From the NCBI GenBank assembly GCA_047634755.1, contig JBLIIL010000004.1, forward strand, positions 1,894-65,893: DNA of 64,000 nt. The letters run 5' to 3'. The stretch comes from Methylophilaceae bacterium. Its GTDB lineage: Bacteria; Pseudomonadota; Gammaproteobacteria; Burkholderiales; Methylophilaceae. Below, in pieces: positions 20,202-30,768 of the stretch; position 1 is the stretch's first letter, and each line of letters starts with the position of its first letter. Made by a program: the position numbers and the translations under genes. The notes under the pieces were generated by a model. It saw nothing but the letters and a program-made list of their open reading frames with translations. It did no database searches and had not been told where the DNA came from.

Positions 20202-22988
20202 TTAGTATTTGAATGGTTGGTTTGCTTTTATCCAGCCAACCACCTCATCCGCTGGCATGGGTTTGGCAATGCCGTAACCTTGCGCATAGGTGCAGCTTAA
20301 GCCGCGTAACATGTGTAATTGCTCATTGGTTTCTGCACCTTCTGCGATCACTTTTCGGTTAAATTCTCTACTGAGAGTGACGACGCTGCTGACAATAGCT
20401 AAATCTTCTGAATCTTTCAGCATGCCACGTGTAAATGAGGGATCAATTTTGATAATGTCTACTGGTAGTCTACGTAAGTAGAGAAGAGAGCCGTAACCAA
20501 CGCCAAAGTCATCAAGCGAGAATGTGACGCCTAGTTTTTTACAGACCTCAATAATCTTAGTGACGCGGGCAAAGTCGCTAATCGCAGCACTTTCTGTAAT
20601 TTCAATATTAATCTTGTTGCCAGCAATATTAGGATGTTTTTTTAATGTCTTTTTAAGGAAGCTGGAAAAACTCTTGTTGGTAATGTGGTGGGCCGCAATG
20701 TTAACGCCAACATGAAAGTTTAGGTCTAGCTCAAGCCATTGTTCAAGTTGACTTAACGTGTTTAAAATAACCCACTCACCAATATCAATAATTAAGTTCG
20801 TATTTCCAATAACAGGTAAAAAATCATTGGGATTTAAAAAACCACGCGTAGGGTGTTCCCAGCGAATTAACGCTTCCATGCCGATGACATTGCCTGACTT
20901 TAAATCAATTTGCGGTTGGTAATGTATGAGGAACTGGTTGTTTTTTAGCCCTTCGACAACATCTTGTTTTAGACGTTGTTCATCTTGGGAAAGCTGGGCT
21001 AGGCTTAAGTCAAACAGGTGATGTTGCTTACCGCCATGTGTTTTTGCATGGTACATGGCATGGTCGGCATGACGTAATAAAGTATCTGGCTGGTTGTTGT
21101 CATGAGGGTATACGGTAAAACCAATACTGGCTGATATGAAAAAAACAGTGTCATCAATATTAAAAGCTTGTTCTATTGCATAGAGTATTCTATCTAAAGC
21201 ACCAGAGTAATCTCTTACCGTTGGTAAGCCTCTTAATAAAATAGCAAACTCATCACCACCAAGCCTAGCAACTGTATCTTGACTACGGCAGTTCTTACGT
21301 AAGCGGTCTGCAAGTAAAACAAGGAGCTGGTCACCAACTTCATGGCCATATTGATCATTAATGGGCTTGAAGTTATCTAAATCAACATAACAAATGGCAA
21401 TCGCTTCTTGTGACTCTTGAGTCTCAGCAAGGGCTTTTTGTAAGTTATCAGAAAATAAAACACGGTTTGGTAGTTGTGTTAACGCGTCATGGTAAGCCAA
21501 GCGTTCTAGTGTGTTTCTCTGCTCTTTCGCGATAGTGTTATCTGAAAATAAGCCAACATAGTGGAGTAACTCATCATCGTCATTTCGAACGGGATACATA
21601 TCTAACCATGCGGCATAAGCCTGCCCACTTTTTTGACGACACCAAACTTCACCACGTTTGCCGTCATAAAGGTCAGGTGAATCGAACAAATCTGGGAAAA
21701 ATGACTCTATCTGGTAAGCAAAGCCAAGTTGATGCGGTTGTTGATTGATTGCTTCTTCAAGCGGGTAGCCAGTAATGTCGCTAAATGCTGGATTAACCTT
21801 AATAATATTAGCGTTTGGATCGGTAATGAAAATACCGTCATGAGAGTGCTGAAAAACACTGGATGATATGCTCAATCGGTTTGCATTTTCCCTAATCTCG
21901 GCAACCATTTCATGCAATCGGCTACGCATTGTCAGTATGTTGTCGATAAGCGTATCTGGCTCAGCAACCGTGTCATCATCTTCAAAATTGCCTTGTTCAA
22001 TATTTTTGACTAAGCGGTAAGCTGTTTCAGGCTCTCCGCCTAATGGCGACAACACAAAACGTTTAATCCCGTGTTGTGCCAACACCATGAGTGCAGTGCC
22101 CACTAAGCCACTTAATATTAATAGCGTAAATAATGGGGTCAGACTATGAACATAAATGTCTTTGTAAGGCATTGCGATGTAGGCATGAAAATTCCATTCA
22201 GGGATATTTCTATGCGACACAAACCATGATTTTTTGGTGTTTTTCAGTGCAGCACTTGCCTCTAACGCAGAGACGTGATCGGATAAAAAACGAATATTAT
22301 CGTTATAGTCTGTAATTACCGCAAATCCTGTTTTCATAAATGCCCATTTTTTAATTGCTTGGTTCAGTGCAATAACATTGACTTTATAACCAACATACCA
22401 TGCGCCAATAACGAAATTTTTGTTATCAAAGATGGGTTCGTAGCCTGAAATGTAGGGTTCACCTAAAATGTCGACGACCCCATAAAAAGGTTTTCCAGCA
22501 TTTAGGTTCGTAATTACTTTTCCGATTGGGTCTAGCCTAGTGCCAATCGCACGTGCATTATTACTTTTTCTTCTTACATTGGTCGATATGCGAATGAATT
22601 CACTTTGCTTTTTGACGAAAATGGTAGCGGTGCCATTTCCAATTTTAGTCACATCGTCGACAATAGAGCTTCGATTGGTTTGTGAGTTTTTTCCGAATTT
22701 TAGCTGAGGGATGTCCTCTTCAAGTAAAACCACCTCACCCTCAATACTGGCTATACCCAAACCTAAACTTTTCTGCTTAAGTAATTCCATTGATGAATAG
22801 ACACGGTCAATCACCAGGGTTTTGGTCATATCTAGTACATATTCTAGCTTTTTAGTTTCATTAGCGGCTTCATCTTGGGTTGCTCGTAAATTGAGTGTAA
22901 ATATGTAAAAAAGCAATATAAAAACCGCCGATATACCAACCAGTAGTAAAGGAAGAAGCATGTGTCTAAATAAGTCAATTTTTTTCAC
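20202..22988 (-). CDS. membrane-bound Cache-PAS-GGDEF-EAL c-di-GMP signalling protein
   Basis: 928 aa with a GTG start. It has TM helix, periplasmic Cache-like region, TM helix, PAS, GGDEF (RLGGDEFAILL) and EAL (EALIRWEHP) domains. Confidence 0.9.
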   Translation of the reverse strand: MKKIDLFRHMLLPLLLVGISAVFILLFYIFTLNLRATQDEAANETKKLEYVLDMTKTLVIDRVYSSMELLKQKSLGLGIASIEGEVVLLEEDIPQLKFGKNSQTNRSSIVDDVTKIGNGTATIFVKKQSEFIRISTNVRRKSNNARAIGTRLDPIGKVITNLNAGKPFYGVVDILGEPYISGYEPIFDNKNFVIGAWYVGYKVNVIALNQAIKKWAFMKTGFAVITDYNDNIRFLSDHVSALEASAALKNTKKSWFVSHRNIPEWNFHAYIAMPYKDIYVHSLTPLFTLLILSGLVGTALMVLAQHGIKRFVLSPLGGEPETAYRLVKNIEQGNFEDDDTVAEPDTLIDNILTMRSRLHEMVAEIRENANRLSISSSVFQHSHDGIFITDPNANIIKVNPAFSDITGYPLEEAINQQPHQLGFAYQIESFFPDLFDSPDLYDGKRGEVWCRQKSGQAYAAWLDMYPVRNDDDELLHYVGLFSDNTIAKEQRNTLERLAYHDALTQLPNRVLFSDNLQKALAETQESQEAIAICYVDLDNFKPINDQYGHEVGDQLLVLLADRLRKNCRSQDTVARLGGDEFAILLRGLPTVRDYSGALDRILYAIEQAFNIDDTVFFISASIGFTVYPHDNNQPDTLLRHADHAMYHAKTHGGKQHHLFDLSLAQLSQDEQRLKQDVVEGLKNNQFLIHYQPQIDLKSGNVIGMEALIRWEHPTRGFLNPNDFLPVIGNTNLIIDIGEWVILNTLSQLEQWLELDLNFHVGVNIAAHHITNKSFSSFLKKTLKKHPNIAGNKINIEITESAAISDFARVTKIIEVCKKLGVTFSLDDFGVGYGSLLYLRRLPVDIIKIDPSFTRGMLKDSEDLAIVSSVVTLSREFNRKVIAEGAETNEQLHMLRGLSCTYAQGYGIAKPMPADEVVGWIKANQPFKY

Positions 22989-23007
22989 GGTAGTTTTTTC
23001 ACGGTAG
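22980..23007. repeat. exact 14-bp tandem duplication (TTTTTTCACGGTAG x2) spanning the start codon
   Basis: Unit 1 is 22980-22993 and unit 2 is 22994-23007, read directly. Unit 1 contains the GTG start (22986-22988) of the GGDEF-EAL gene. Confidence 0.95.
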
Positions 23008-23321
23008 TTGAGGCAATTTTGTTTTAATGACCATGGTTGTTAAAGGTCAAGTTACTATTAGGTGAAACTTTAATATACTAACAAAAAAATAGTATATGAG
23101 ACCTTTAATAACGGCAGATAAAACAGTAATTAGAGTAGGTTTTTTAATTGGTATTTTTAATAAAAAAATATCTCATCGTAGTAGGCCTGGTTCTTTTATG
23201 AGTAGAAAGAAGCACCAACCCGTATGGTTTTTCTGCTTCAATTGTAATGATAAATAATTGATTTAAAGAAATTTGAAAAAATTATTTTAAATCAATTGAT
23301 TACCGCGTAAGATGGCGAGTT

Positions 23322-25559
23322 ATGGAAAAGTATACAACCATGCTCGCTAAACCTATTCAAAGTTATCGTCCTTATTGGGCTAAACGCTTTGGACAGGCCG
23401 CTATGTTACCCACTTCTCGTGAAGAAATGGATGAACTCGGTTGGGATAGCTGCGATATTATTTTAATTACAGGCGATGCCTATATTGACCATCCTAGTTT
23501 TGGGATGGCTTTAGTTGGCCGCTTGTTAGAAGCGCAAGGCTTTCGTGTGGGGATTATTGCCCAGCCTGAGTGGCAAGATGCTAAGGCATTTAAAGCGCTA
23601 GGAAAGCCTAATTTATACTTTGGCATTACTGCCGGTAATATGGATAGTATGGTGAATCGTTATACGGCTGACCGTAAAATTCGCTCAGATGATGCTTATA
23701 CCCCTGATGCAGCACCTAATAAACGACCAGATCGTGCGGTGTTGGTATACAGCCAACGTTGCCGTCAAGCTTACTCGCACGTACCGCTAATTATTGGCAG
23801 TATCGAAGCTAGCCTTCGTCGTATTGCCCACTATGATTACTGGTCAGATAAAGTGCGCCGTTCCGTGTTGGTTGATTCAAAAGCGGATATTCTGCTGTAT
23901 GGTAATGCCGAGCGGGCATTGGTGGAAATCTCACACCGCATTGCTAAAGGTGAGTCTATTCGGGATATTCAAGATATTCGTGGCACGGCCTTTATGCGTA
24001 AAAGCATCCCAGAAGGCTGGGATGAGATTGAGTCAACCAAATTAGACCGCCCAGGCAAAGTTGATAAAGCCATTGACCCATACGAAATGAAAATGGGGAA
24101 GGGCGATGCGAGCTGTGCCACGAAGGAATCTAAAGGTAAGTCTGACTTACCTGAAGGCACTAAGCCAATTGAAATTGTACCGAGTGTGCGTGCTAGAAAA
24201 CCAAAAGCGAACAGAAGCATGCAAGTGGTTCGCTTGCCAGCTTATGAGGAAGTGTCGCAAGACCCTGTGCTTTATGCACATGCTTCACGCGTGCTGCATT
24301 TAGAAGCGAATCCGGGTAATGCCCGTGCGCTGGTGCAACAGCACGGTGATCGAGAAGTGTGGCTCAACCCTCCACCGATTCCATTGACGACCAAAGAGAT
24401 GGATTATGTTTACGACTTGCCTTATGCGCGTAAGCCACATCCAATCTATAAGAATGCCAAAATCCCTGCATGGGAAATGATTCGTTTCAGCGTTAATATC
24501 ATGCGCGGCTGTTTTGGTGGCTGTACCTTTTGTAGTATTACCGAGCATGAAGGCCGTATTATCCAAAGTCGTAGTGAAAAGTCCATCTTAAAAGAGGTGG
24601 AAGAAATTCGCGATAAAGTCGACGGCTTTACTGGCGTGATTTCTGATCTTGGCGGCCCAACGGCTAATATGTATCGTATTGCTTGTAAGTCGGAGAAGAT
24701 TGAACAGTCTTGCCGTAAGTTATCTTGCGTTTATCCAGATGTTTGCGAAAACTTGAATACCGACCATAGTTCATTGATTCAGCTTTATCGTAAAGCACGA
24801 GAGATCAAAGGTGTGAAGAAGATTCTCATTAGCTCAGGTTTGCGTTATGACTTAGCAGTGAAATCACCTGAATACGTCAAAGAACTCGTGCAACATCATG
24901 TTGGCGGCTACTTGAAAATTGCCCCTGAACATTCTGAAAAAAACGTGCTCGATAAAATGATGAAGCCGGGCATGGGTGCATATGACAAATTTAAAGAGAT
25001 GTTCGAAAGGTACAGTGAAGAGGCGGGTAAGAAGCAGTACTTAATTCCTTACTTTATCGCAGCGCATCCGGGTACGACTGATGAAGATATGTTGAATTTA
25101 GCCTTATGGTTGAAGCGCTATAGCTTTAGGTTAGACCAAGTGCAAAACTTTACACCAACACCAATGGCGATGGCAACGGCGATGTATCACAGTGGTAAAA
25201 ATCCATTACGTAAAGTCACGGATGACTCTGAGGATGTGGTCGTTCCGAAAGCAGGTAAGCTGCGGAAATTACATAAAGCGTTTATTCGTTATCACGACCC
25301 TGCAAACTGGCCTATGATACGAGAAGCATTAAAAAACATGGGTCGCGCTGATTTAATTGGCCCAGGTAAAAAGCAATTAGTCCCAGCCTTCCAGCCAGCG
25401 GTCATTGGTTCGATTAAGCAATCCGACGGTAGTAGCTTTAAACCTAAAGGGAAAGTGACGGCTAAAGCCAGCCTGCGTAGACGGCCAGCAGCTTTACCGA
25501 AAGCCTTTAATGATATGAAAAATGCAGCGCGCTGCACGGAAAAAAAAACGCGGCATTAG
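23322..25559 (+). CDS. ygiQ: YgiQ-family (UPF0313) radical SAM protein
   Basis: 745 aa with the radical-SAM CxxxCxxC motif ([12 protein letters not shown]) and the family N-terminal region (..[15 protein letters not shown]..). Confidence 0.9.
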   Translation: MEKYTTMLAKPIQSYRPYWAKRFGQAAMLPTSREEMDELGWDSCDIILITGDAYIDHPSFGMALVGRLLEAQGFRVGIIAQPEWQDAKAFKALGKPNLYFGITAGNMDSMVNRYTADRKIRSDDAYTPDAAPNKRPDRAVLVYSQRCRQAYSHVPLIIGSIEASLRRIAHYDYWSDKVRRSVLVDSKADILLYGNAERALVEISHRIAKGESIRDIQDIRGTAFMRKSIPEGWDEIESTKLDRPGKVDKAIDPYEMKMGKGDASCATKESKGKSDLPEGTKPIEIVPSVRARKPKANRSMQVVRLPAYEEVSQDPVLYAHASRVLHLEANPGNARALVQQHGDREVWLNPPPIPLTTKEMDYVYDLPYARKPHPIYKNAKIPAWEMIRFSVNIMRGCFGGCTFCSITEHEGRIIQSRSEKSILKEVEEIRDKVDGFTGVISDLGGPTANMYRIACKSEKIEQSCRKLSCVYPDVCENLNTDHSSLIQLYRKAREIKGVKKILISSGLRYDLAVKSPEYVKELVQHHVGGYLKIAPEHSEKNVLDKMMKPGMGAYDKFKEMFERYSEEAGKKQYLIPYFIAAHPGTTDEDMLNLALWLKRYSFRLDQVQNFTPTPMAMATAMYHSGKNPLRKVTDDSEDVVVPKAGKLRKLHKAFIRYHDPANWPMIREALKNMGRADLIGPGKKQLVPAFQPAVIGSIKQSDGSSFKPKGKVTAKASLRRRPAALPKAFNDMKNAARCTEKKTRH

Positions 25560-25588
25560 TGCCGTAAGTTTTGCATAAAAGGGCGTGT

Positions 25589-26455
25589 ATGTTCCATCAC
25601 TTTAAAAAGCTGTTGATTGGTCTAGCTAGTTTCCTGTTGTTAAGTACATCTTTACTAGTTGAGGCAACGGGAAAAGGCTTGTTTTGGCAGGTGGAAGCAC
25701 CCAATGGTACGGTGAGTTATTTGTTTGGCACCATTCATACTGATGATAATCGCGTGACTGACTTCTCTCGGCCGATTTTAGATGCGTTAAAAGCGGTTGA
25801 TTTATTTGTGATGGAAACGCAGCCTAACAGTGATCCTGCCAATTTTATGATGGCAGAAGGCTCACTTAAAGACATGCTGAACGAAGCTGAAATGGAACAA
25901 GTAAAAGCCTTAACTGATTTTCACGTGATGCATTTAAGCCAAGCATTAACAATGAAGCCTTGGTTATTAGCGGTGGTCTTCAGTCAATCCAAACCGCAAA
26001 CACCTTATGCGCAAGATAATTTACTTATGCGCGGTGCAGAAGATTTTAATAAACCCGTTAAAGGCTTAGAAACAAGCGAAGAGCATTTTAGCGTTATCGA
26101 TAGTTTTAGTTTGGATGAACAATTAGCGATGTTGCGTGCTACTTTAAACATGACGGAAAAGCAAAAAGTACGCGATTTTGAAAAGTTATTAGCTGTGTAT
26201 ATGAGCGGCGATAGTGACAAAATTATTGCTGTAGATACGGAGATAACTAGTTCGGGTTTGCCTAAGGTGTTATGGGAAAAAATGCGCGCTAAGTTATTAG
26301 ACGATCGCAATACATTAATGGCAAATCGGGCGATAGCTTTGGCACAGAATCAATCAATCTTTGTTGCAGTCGGCGCCGCTCACTTGGCTGGTGAGAATGG
26401 CTTTATTAATATGTTTAAAAACAGAGGCTATAAACTGAGAGTTGTAAAGAAGTGA
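25589..26455 (+). CDS. TraB/GumN-family protein (secreted)
   Basis: GTIHTDD motif and a signal peptide. The ATG at 25589 is preferred over the TTG at 25571. Confidence 0.8.
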   Translation: MFHHFKKLLIGLASFLLLSTSLLVEATGKGLFWQVEAPNGTVSYLFGTIHTDDNRVTDFSRPILDALKAVDLFVMETQPNSDPANFMMAEGSLKDMLNEAEMEQVKALTDFHVMHLSQALTMKPWLLAVVFSQSKPQTPYAQDNLLMRGAEDFNKPVKGLETSEEHFSVIDSFSLDEQLAMLRATLNMTEKQKVRDFEKLLAVYMSGDSDKIIAVDTEITSSGLPKVLWEKMRAKLLDDRNTLMANRAIALAQNQSIFVAVGAAHLAGENGFINMFKNRGYKLRVVKK

Positions 26456-26481
26456 GGCTTTAGTTTATATGGCTCTATACT

Positions 26482-26760
26482 TTAAGGTTTTTGTTCAGTC
26501 TGCTCACCTGTCTCTTTTACGTTGTAATCTAAATTACCAGTCACGTCTTCAATGTCGTCGGTGAAGTCTTCCACAGCTTCAATCATTTCCTTGTGAGCAC
26601 CATCTTCTTCAGTAATCACGTCAACTTCATCTGTAAAGTCATCAACAGCTTCTATCATCTCCTCACGATCTTCTTGCATTGCTGTTTTTTCTTGGCATGC
26701 GATTATTCCAAGCGCAAAAAAAATCATAGTTGTCAGTAGTACAATTTTTTTTAAAATCAT
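26482..26760 (-). CDS. small acidic lipoprotein with an internal tandem repeat
   Basis: 92 aa with the lipobox ..LGIIAC. The mature part carries two copies of EMIEAV(D/E)DFTD(E/D).. Confidence 0.6.
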   Translation of the reverse strand: MILKKIVLLTTMIFFALGIIACQEKTAMQEDREEMIEAVDDFTDEVDVITEEDGAHKEMIEAVEDFTDDIEDVTGNLDYNVKETGEQTEQKP

Positions 26761-26928
26761 CTATCAACCTCCTAGTTTGTATTTAAATTATAGTGCTTTT
26801 TATGGATAAAAGAGTCAGCTGCTAGTTAGATGACATACACTCAGTTTTATATAATTATAACATCAAGTGAACTGCTTGTTGGATTAACGATTGATGGTTT
26901 GATGAATGCTTTTTAAAAGGCTAGTTAT

Positions 26929-26963
26929 CAATAAACGCTCTATAATTTATAGAGTGTTTATTG
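26929..26963 (-). terminator. near-perfect palindrome overlapping the blc stop codon
   Basis: CAATAAACGCTCTATAATTTATAGAGTGTTTATTG forms a stem of about 15 bp with one mismatch. It is AT-rich and contains the TAA stop at 26958-26960. Confidence 0.45.
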
Positions 26964-27539
26964 CGGCTTCTTCTTAATTACATGCTGACCAGCTTCGTAA
27001 TTAGGAATGTCAGAGTTTTGGTTCACATAAATCAATTGATCCGTTGCAAAACCATATTGATTGGCTTGGCTCACTAAGTGTTGTTTAATGGGGTAAGTCA
27101 GTTCTGGCGTCCGTGACAGTATCCATAAATAGTCTTTATTTGGGCCACAAATCATCACATAGTTGTAATATTCTTTATCCAGCGCAATGATATTGTAAGC
27201 ACCGTAAAAAGGCCTAAAGAAAGAAACTTTTAGTTTGCCAAGGTAAGTATTGTCAACGGTTGATTTTTCTAAAAAATAAGCTTTACCAACGGCATTTTTC
27301 CACTCTTTCTCATCACGATCGTAACCACGATTGGTGACCTTAATGCCGTCATCTTTACGTTTTTCATAGTGTGCAGTAACGTTATCTAAGCCACGCTCAA
27401 AACGATGGTCTAAACGTGCGATTTCATACCATGTGCCTAAATACTGTTCAGCATTGATACCATCAATAACTTTGACGTTTTTTGGTACACCCATACAATT
27501 GCTGAGCAGTAACATGGTTAGGATTAGTAATTTTTTCAT
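26958..27539 (-). CDS. blc: outer-membrane lipocalin Blc
   Basis: 193 aa with the lipobox LLSNC and the lipocalin motif [12 protein letters not shown]. Confidence 0.9.
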   Translation of the reverse strand: MKKLLILTMLLLSNCMGVPKNVKVIDGINAEQYLGTWYEIARLDHRFERGLDNVTAHYEKRKDDGIKVTNRGYDRDEKEWKNAVGKAYFLEKSTVDNTYLGKLKVSFFRPFYGAYNIIALDKEYYNYVMICGPNKDYLWILSRTPELTYPIKQHLVSQANQYGFATDQLIYVNQNSDIPNYEAGQHVIKKKPQ

Positions 27540-28006
27540 TGTGAATTTACTGAAGCGGTATGTTTTGCTAAAAAGTGATCCAATTGTGCCGCAAAGGCTT
27601 TTCTATCTGCCGGGCTAAACATCCCTGGACCTGAAGTCTCCACACCACTAGCCCGTAACTCTTCCATGAAATTACGCATGGTTAACTGCTCTCGTATATT
27701 TTCTTTGGAGTAGAACTCGCCTCTAGGATTAAATGCATGGGCGTTATTTTCAATCACTTGGGAGGCGAGTGGGATATCTGCAGTAATCACTAAATCGCCT
27801 GCTGTTAATTCTTGTACGATGCGATTGTCGGCTGCATCAAAGCCAGCATCTACTTGGATGGGGCGTAGGTGAGGGGAGGGCGGTGTGCGCATGAGCTTGT
27901 TGGCAACCAATGTCGTGGTCACCTGCGCACGTTCTGCCGCGCGGTATAAAATTTCTTTTATCACCATGGGACAAGCGTCGGCATCTACCCATATCTTTAA
28001 AGCCAC
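27536..28006 (-). CDS. yaiI: YaiI/YqxD family protein (UPF0178)
   Basis: 156 aa with the N-terminal IWVDADACP motif. It overlaps the blc start by 4 nt. Confidence 0.85.
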   Translation of the reverse strand: MALKIWVDADACPMVIKEILYRAAERAQVTTTLVANKLMRTPPSPHLRPIQVDAGFDAADNRIVQELTAGDLVITADIPLASQVIENNAHAFNPRGEFYSKENIREQLTMRNFMEELRASGVETSGPGMFSPADRKAFAAQLDHFLAKHTASVNSQ

Positions 28007-28018
28007 TTTTTTAAAATC

Positions 28019-29611
28019 TTAACGACCTCTGTTACCATTACTATTGCCTCTACTTCTAGTGGTACTACCTCCGGAATTGCCACCACCATTGCCGCGCTCA
28101 CCACCACTATTACTTCTAGGACGACGTGGTACGTTTAGATCGGCAGCATAAATTGGCTGTTGTGGTTGCGCTTGATGTCTTGCTGCTTCAGACATGTTTT
28201 CCGTTGATTGGCTGGCTTGGTTATCTTGTTTGTTGTTTGGCTTGTGACTGCCTGAAGGTTTATTCGGCTGATTGCCAAAGGAGCGTTGCTTGCCTTGCGC
28301 GAGTGTTTTGCCACCACCTTGTGGGCGACGATCATTTTGCCCCTGTTTCTTCTTCTGAACTTGACCGCCGTTTGGCTGTTGACCACGGAATAACCTTGGT
28401 GGTTCTGGCTCAATCTTAGTCGGCGCCGTAAAGCCTTCTATTTGCACTTTAGGAATTTCACGTTTAATCAGTTTTTCAATGTCTTTTAAGTATTTCAGTT
28501 CTTCACGATCAACCAAAGAAATCGCTGCACCAGAAGCCCCTGCGCGACCAGTACGGCCAATACGGTGCACATAATCTTCAGGTACGTTTGGGAGCTCAAA
28601 ATTCACCACTTGAGGCAATTGGTCAATATCTAAACCACGGGCCGCAATATCTGTGGCGACTAAAATACGGGTTTCACCAGCTTTAAATTCTGCTAATGCT
28701 CGTGTACGTGCGGCTTGGCTTTTATTGCCGTGAATAGCCATGGCAGAAATATTACTTTTCACTAACTTTTCAGTCAGTCGATTCGCACCGTGTTTGGTAC
28801 GTGTGAAGATTAATACTTGTTGCCAATCATTCTCTTTGATCAAATAAGCGACTAAATCACGTTTATGGGCTTGTGGCACCATATGGACGGTTTGTTCTAC
28901 CATTTCAGATGCTGTGTTGCGTCTTGCGACTTCTACAAAGCTCGGGTTGTCTAGCAAGTTGTCTGCTAAACGTTTAATTTCATCGGAAAAAGTAGCTGAG
29001 AAGAGTAAGTTCTGACGTTTTTTAGGTAGTCTGGCTAAGATTTTTTTAATGTCGTGGATAAAGCCCATGTCTAACATACGGTCAGCTTCGTCTAACACTA
29101 ATATTTCAATACCAGATAAATCGATTTTTCCTTGATTAGCTAAATCCAGTAAACGGCCGGGTGTCGCGACTAAAATATCTAGGAAACGACCTAAGCGGTT
29201 AATTTGTGGGTTGATGCTCACACCGCCAAAAACCACCATCGATTTCAAATCGAGGTGCTTACCATAAGTCACGACTGACTCAGCAATTTGCGCCGCTAAC
29301 TCACGCGTTGGCGTGAGGATTAAGCAACGTGGCTTGCCTTTAGCAGGGTTCTTTGTAGGCTTTTGTGAGAGTAAGTGCAAAATCGGTAGCGTAAAACCTG
29401 CTGTTTTACCGGTACCTGTTTGCGCGCCAGCTAATAAATCACCACCTTTTAAAACCAGAGGAATTGCTTTTGCTTGAATCGGGGTTGGGGTGGTGTAGCC
29501 AGCGTCTTCAATCGCTTTTAATAAGGGTTCGGCTAAACCTAAATCTTTAAAGTTGCCTACAGAACTGCTTCTAGGGTTAGTAGTATCGCTACTTGTTACT
29601 TCTGTGTTCAT
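28019..29611 (-). CDS. rhlE: DEAD-box ATP-dependent RNA helicase (RhlE-like)
   Basis: 530 aa with motifs [15 protein letters not shown] and HRIGRTGR, plus a long Gln/Gly/Arg/Asn-rich C-terminal tail. Confidence 0.92.
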   Translation of the reverse strand: MNTEVTSSDTTNPRSSSVGNFKDLGLAEPLLKAIEDAGYTTPTPIQAKAIPLVLKGGDLLAGAQTGTGKTAGFTLPILHLLSQKPTKNPAKGKPRCLILTPTRELAAQIAESVVTYGKHLDLKSMVVFGGVSINPQINRLGRFLDILVATPGRLLDLANQGKIDLSGIEILVLDEADRMLDMGFIHDIKKILARLPKKRQNLLFSATFSDEIKRLADNLLDNPSFVEVARRNTASEMVEQTVHMVPQAHKRDLVAYLIKENDWQQVLIFTRTKHGANRLTEKLVKSNISAMAIHGNKSQAARTRALAEFKAGETRILVATDIAARGLDIDQLPQVVNFELPNVPEDYVHRIGRTGRAGASGAAISLVDREELKYLKDIEKLIKREIPKVQIEGFTAPTKIEPEPPRLFRGQQPNGGQVQKKKQGQNDRRPQGGGKTLAQGKQRSFGNQPNKPSGSHKPNNKQDNQASQSTENMSEAARHQAQPQQPIYAADLNVPRRPRSNSGGERGNGGGNSGGSTTRSRGNSNGNRGR

Positions 29612-29785
29612 TACTTGTTTTCCCTACGACGGCCAATTACTTATTAGTAATACCAATCGAGGCTGACGAATAAAAGATAATTGAGTGACTGTGAAAAGTC
29701 ATCTTCATGATGCCGCTACGCGGATTGGTATGCATAGGGTAGCGCCATTATACGTAAATGATGTAGAAAAGCTAGCAGACTTATT

Positions 29786-30237
29786 TTAGCCATCTAGGTG
29801 GACAATTTGATTCCTACCCTGACCTTTGGCGTTATACAGATGTATGTCGTCTTGTTTAATCATTTCTTTTTCGGTTATTTTGGTTTGGTAAGGCTTGTTG
29901 TTATTAAGCCGATGTTGGAAGTAATGATGGGTAGGATGGCGGAGTCGATATTGGGCATTTTTAAATCTCTAATAGCATCTAATAGCTCTGATGCAATCGA
30001 TAATGCGGCTTGTGGAGAGGTGCTACCTAAAACAATCGCAAACTCCTTACCACCATAACGCGCGCACAAATCACCAGGTCTTTTGATCTGCTTGTTAATA
30101 GTTCTTAATGCTTTCTTAAGGCAGTCATCACCTGATGAGTGGCCATAACCGTCGTTGAGACGTACATTAAAACTGCCTTTTAGCTTGCTATGGGCAATTT
30201 TTTGTTGGCTATTAGTTTTTCTTAGCTTTTTATACAA
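29786..30237 (-). pseudogene. GGDEF-domain fragment (N-terminally truncated, frameshifted, degenerate GGKEF)
   Basis: The sequence ..FNVRLNDGYGHSSGDDCLKKA..ARYGGKEFAIVL..ITSNIGL.. stops at 29875. The canonical C-terminus ..DIHLYNAKGQGRNQIVHLDG* continues in another frame to 29786. No sensor domain or DxD-FK start is present. Confidence 0.8.
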
Positions 30238-30467
30238 AGCCTTACACCATTTACGCCCGCAGTATTACTTATATATCTAGTGCATTTTGAAGTATATGGT
30301 ATCCATATTTCTAATTTTATTAATTAAATATCTGAGGAGATGGTAATGGCAGCTTTAATCTATGCGGAAACTTGAATTTTCAATCAAGCAGGCATTGTAT
30401 ACAGTAGAACAAAGGGAATTACTTGTTCATGAAAACGACTAACTAATATAGAAGGTAGGGAATTAGA

Positions 30468-30689
30468 ATGAAAAACATATTACTAGAAGTTGGAACACTA
30501 TTTATAAGTTTATTCTTCATGGGCCCAGCAAGTGCATTGGATGTGCAGATTACACCGGATATAGCATCCGTGGATGTAATGCATAATGGTAAAAAAGTGA
30601 CTATCATGAGGAATAAAAATACATCAAATACTATCAATTTTGACTATGCTAAGACACCATGTAAAAATCGGCATGGTAGGGATGTGTAA
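30468..30689 (+). pseudogene. truncated N-terminal fragment of a secreted protein
   Basis: An SD-like GAAGGTAGGG lies upstream and there is a cleavable signal peptide (..FFMGPASA/LDVQITPD..), but the ORF ends after 73 aa. My impression that it resembles the N-terminus of periplasmic rhodanese-domain proteins is unverified. Confidence 0.35.
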
Positions 30690-30708
30690 GGTCAGACGGT
30701 AAAGAAAC

Positions 30709-30768
30709 TCATAATGCACCGGCCAGTGCAATCACCAGTAAATTAATAAGGACAACGGTAACGAGCAT
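30709..30768 (-). CDS. candidate 19-aa hydrophobic micro-ORF (MLVTVVLINLLVIALAGAL)
   Basis: The ATG at 30766-30768 is preceded by AGGAG (30774-30778) with a 5-nt spacer. In-frame ATGs at 30783 and 30789 would give 24- or 26-aa forms. The ORF is below the ORF-track size cut-off, and no homology is known to me. Confidence 0.3.
   Translation of the reverse strand: MLVTVVLINLLVIALAGAL

Noticed and set aside
23198-23257. 19-aa ORF MSRKKHQPVWFFCFNCNDK upstream of the radical-SAM gene ygiQ, considered as a possible RiPP precursor
   Set aside because: It has no SD, and YgiQ is a widely conserved housekeeping-type radical SAM enzyme with no known peptide partner. An ORF of this size is expected by chance in AT-rich intergenic DNA. 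It would be worth a tBLASTN check only if cheap.
23243-23261. Fur-box-like TGTAATGATAAATAATTGA upstream of ygiQ
   Set aside because: It matches only about 11 of 19 consensus positions in a very AT-rich region, which is within chance expectation.
28126-28419. 97-aa plus-strand ORF and 92-aa alternative-frame minus-strand ORF in the rhlE 3' region
   Set aside because: Both lie within the low-complexity Gln/Gly/Arg tail-coding region of rhlE. Open frames there are a compositional artefact.
30443-30637. 64-aa minus-strand ORF
   Set aside because: It is antisense to the secreted-protein fragment at 30468-30689 and starts at TTG with no RBS, so it is a shadow ORF.
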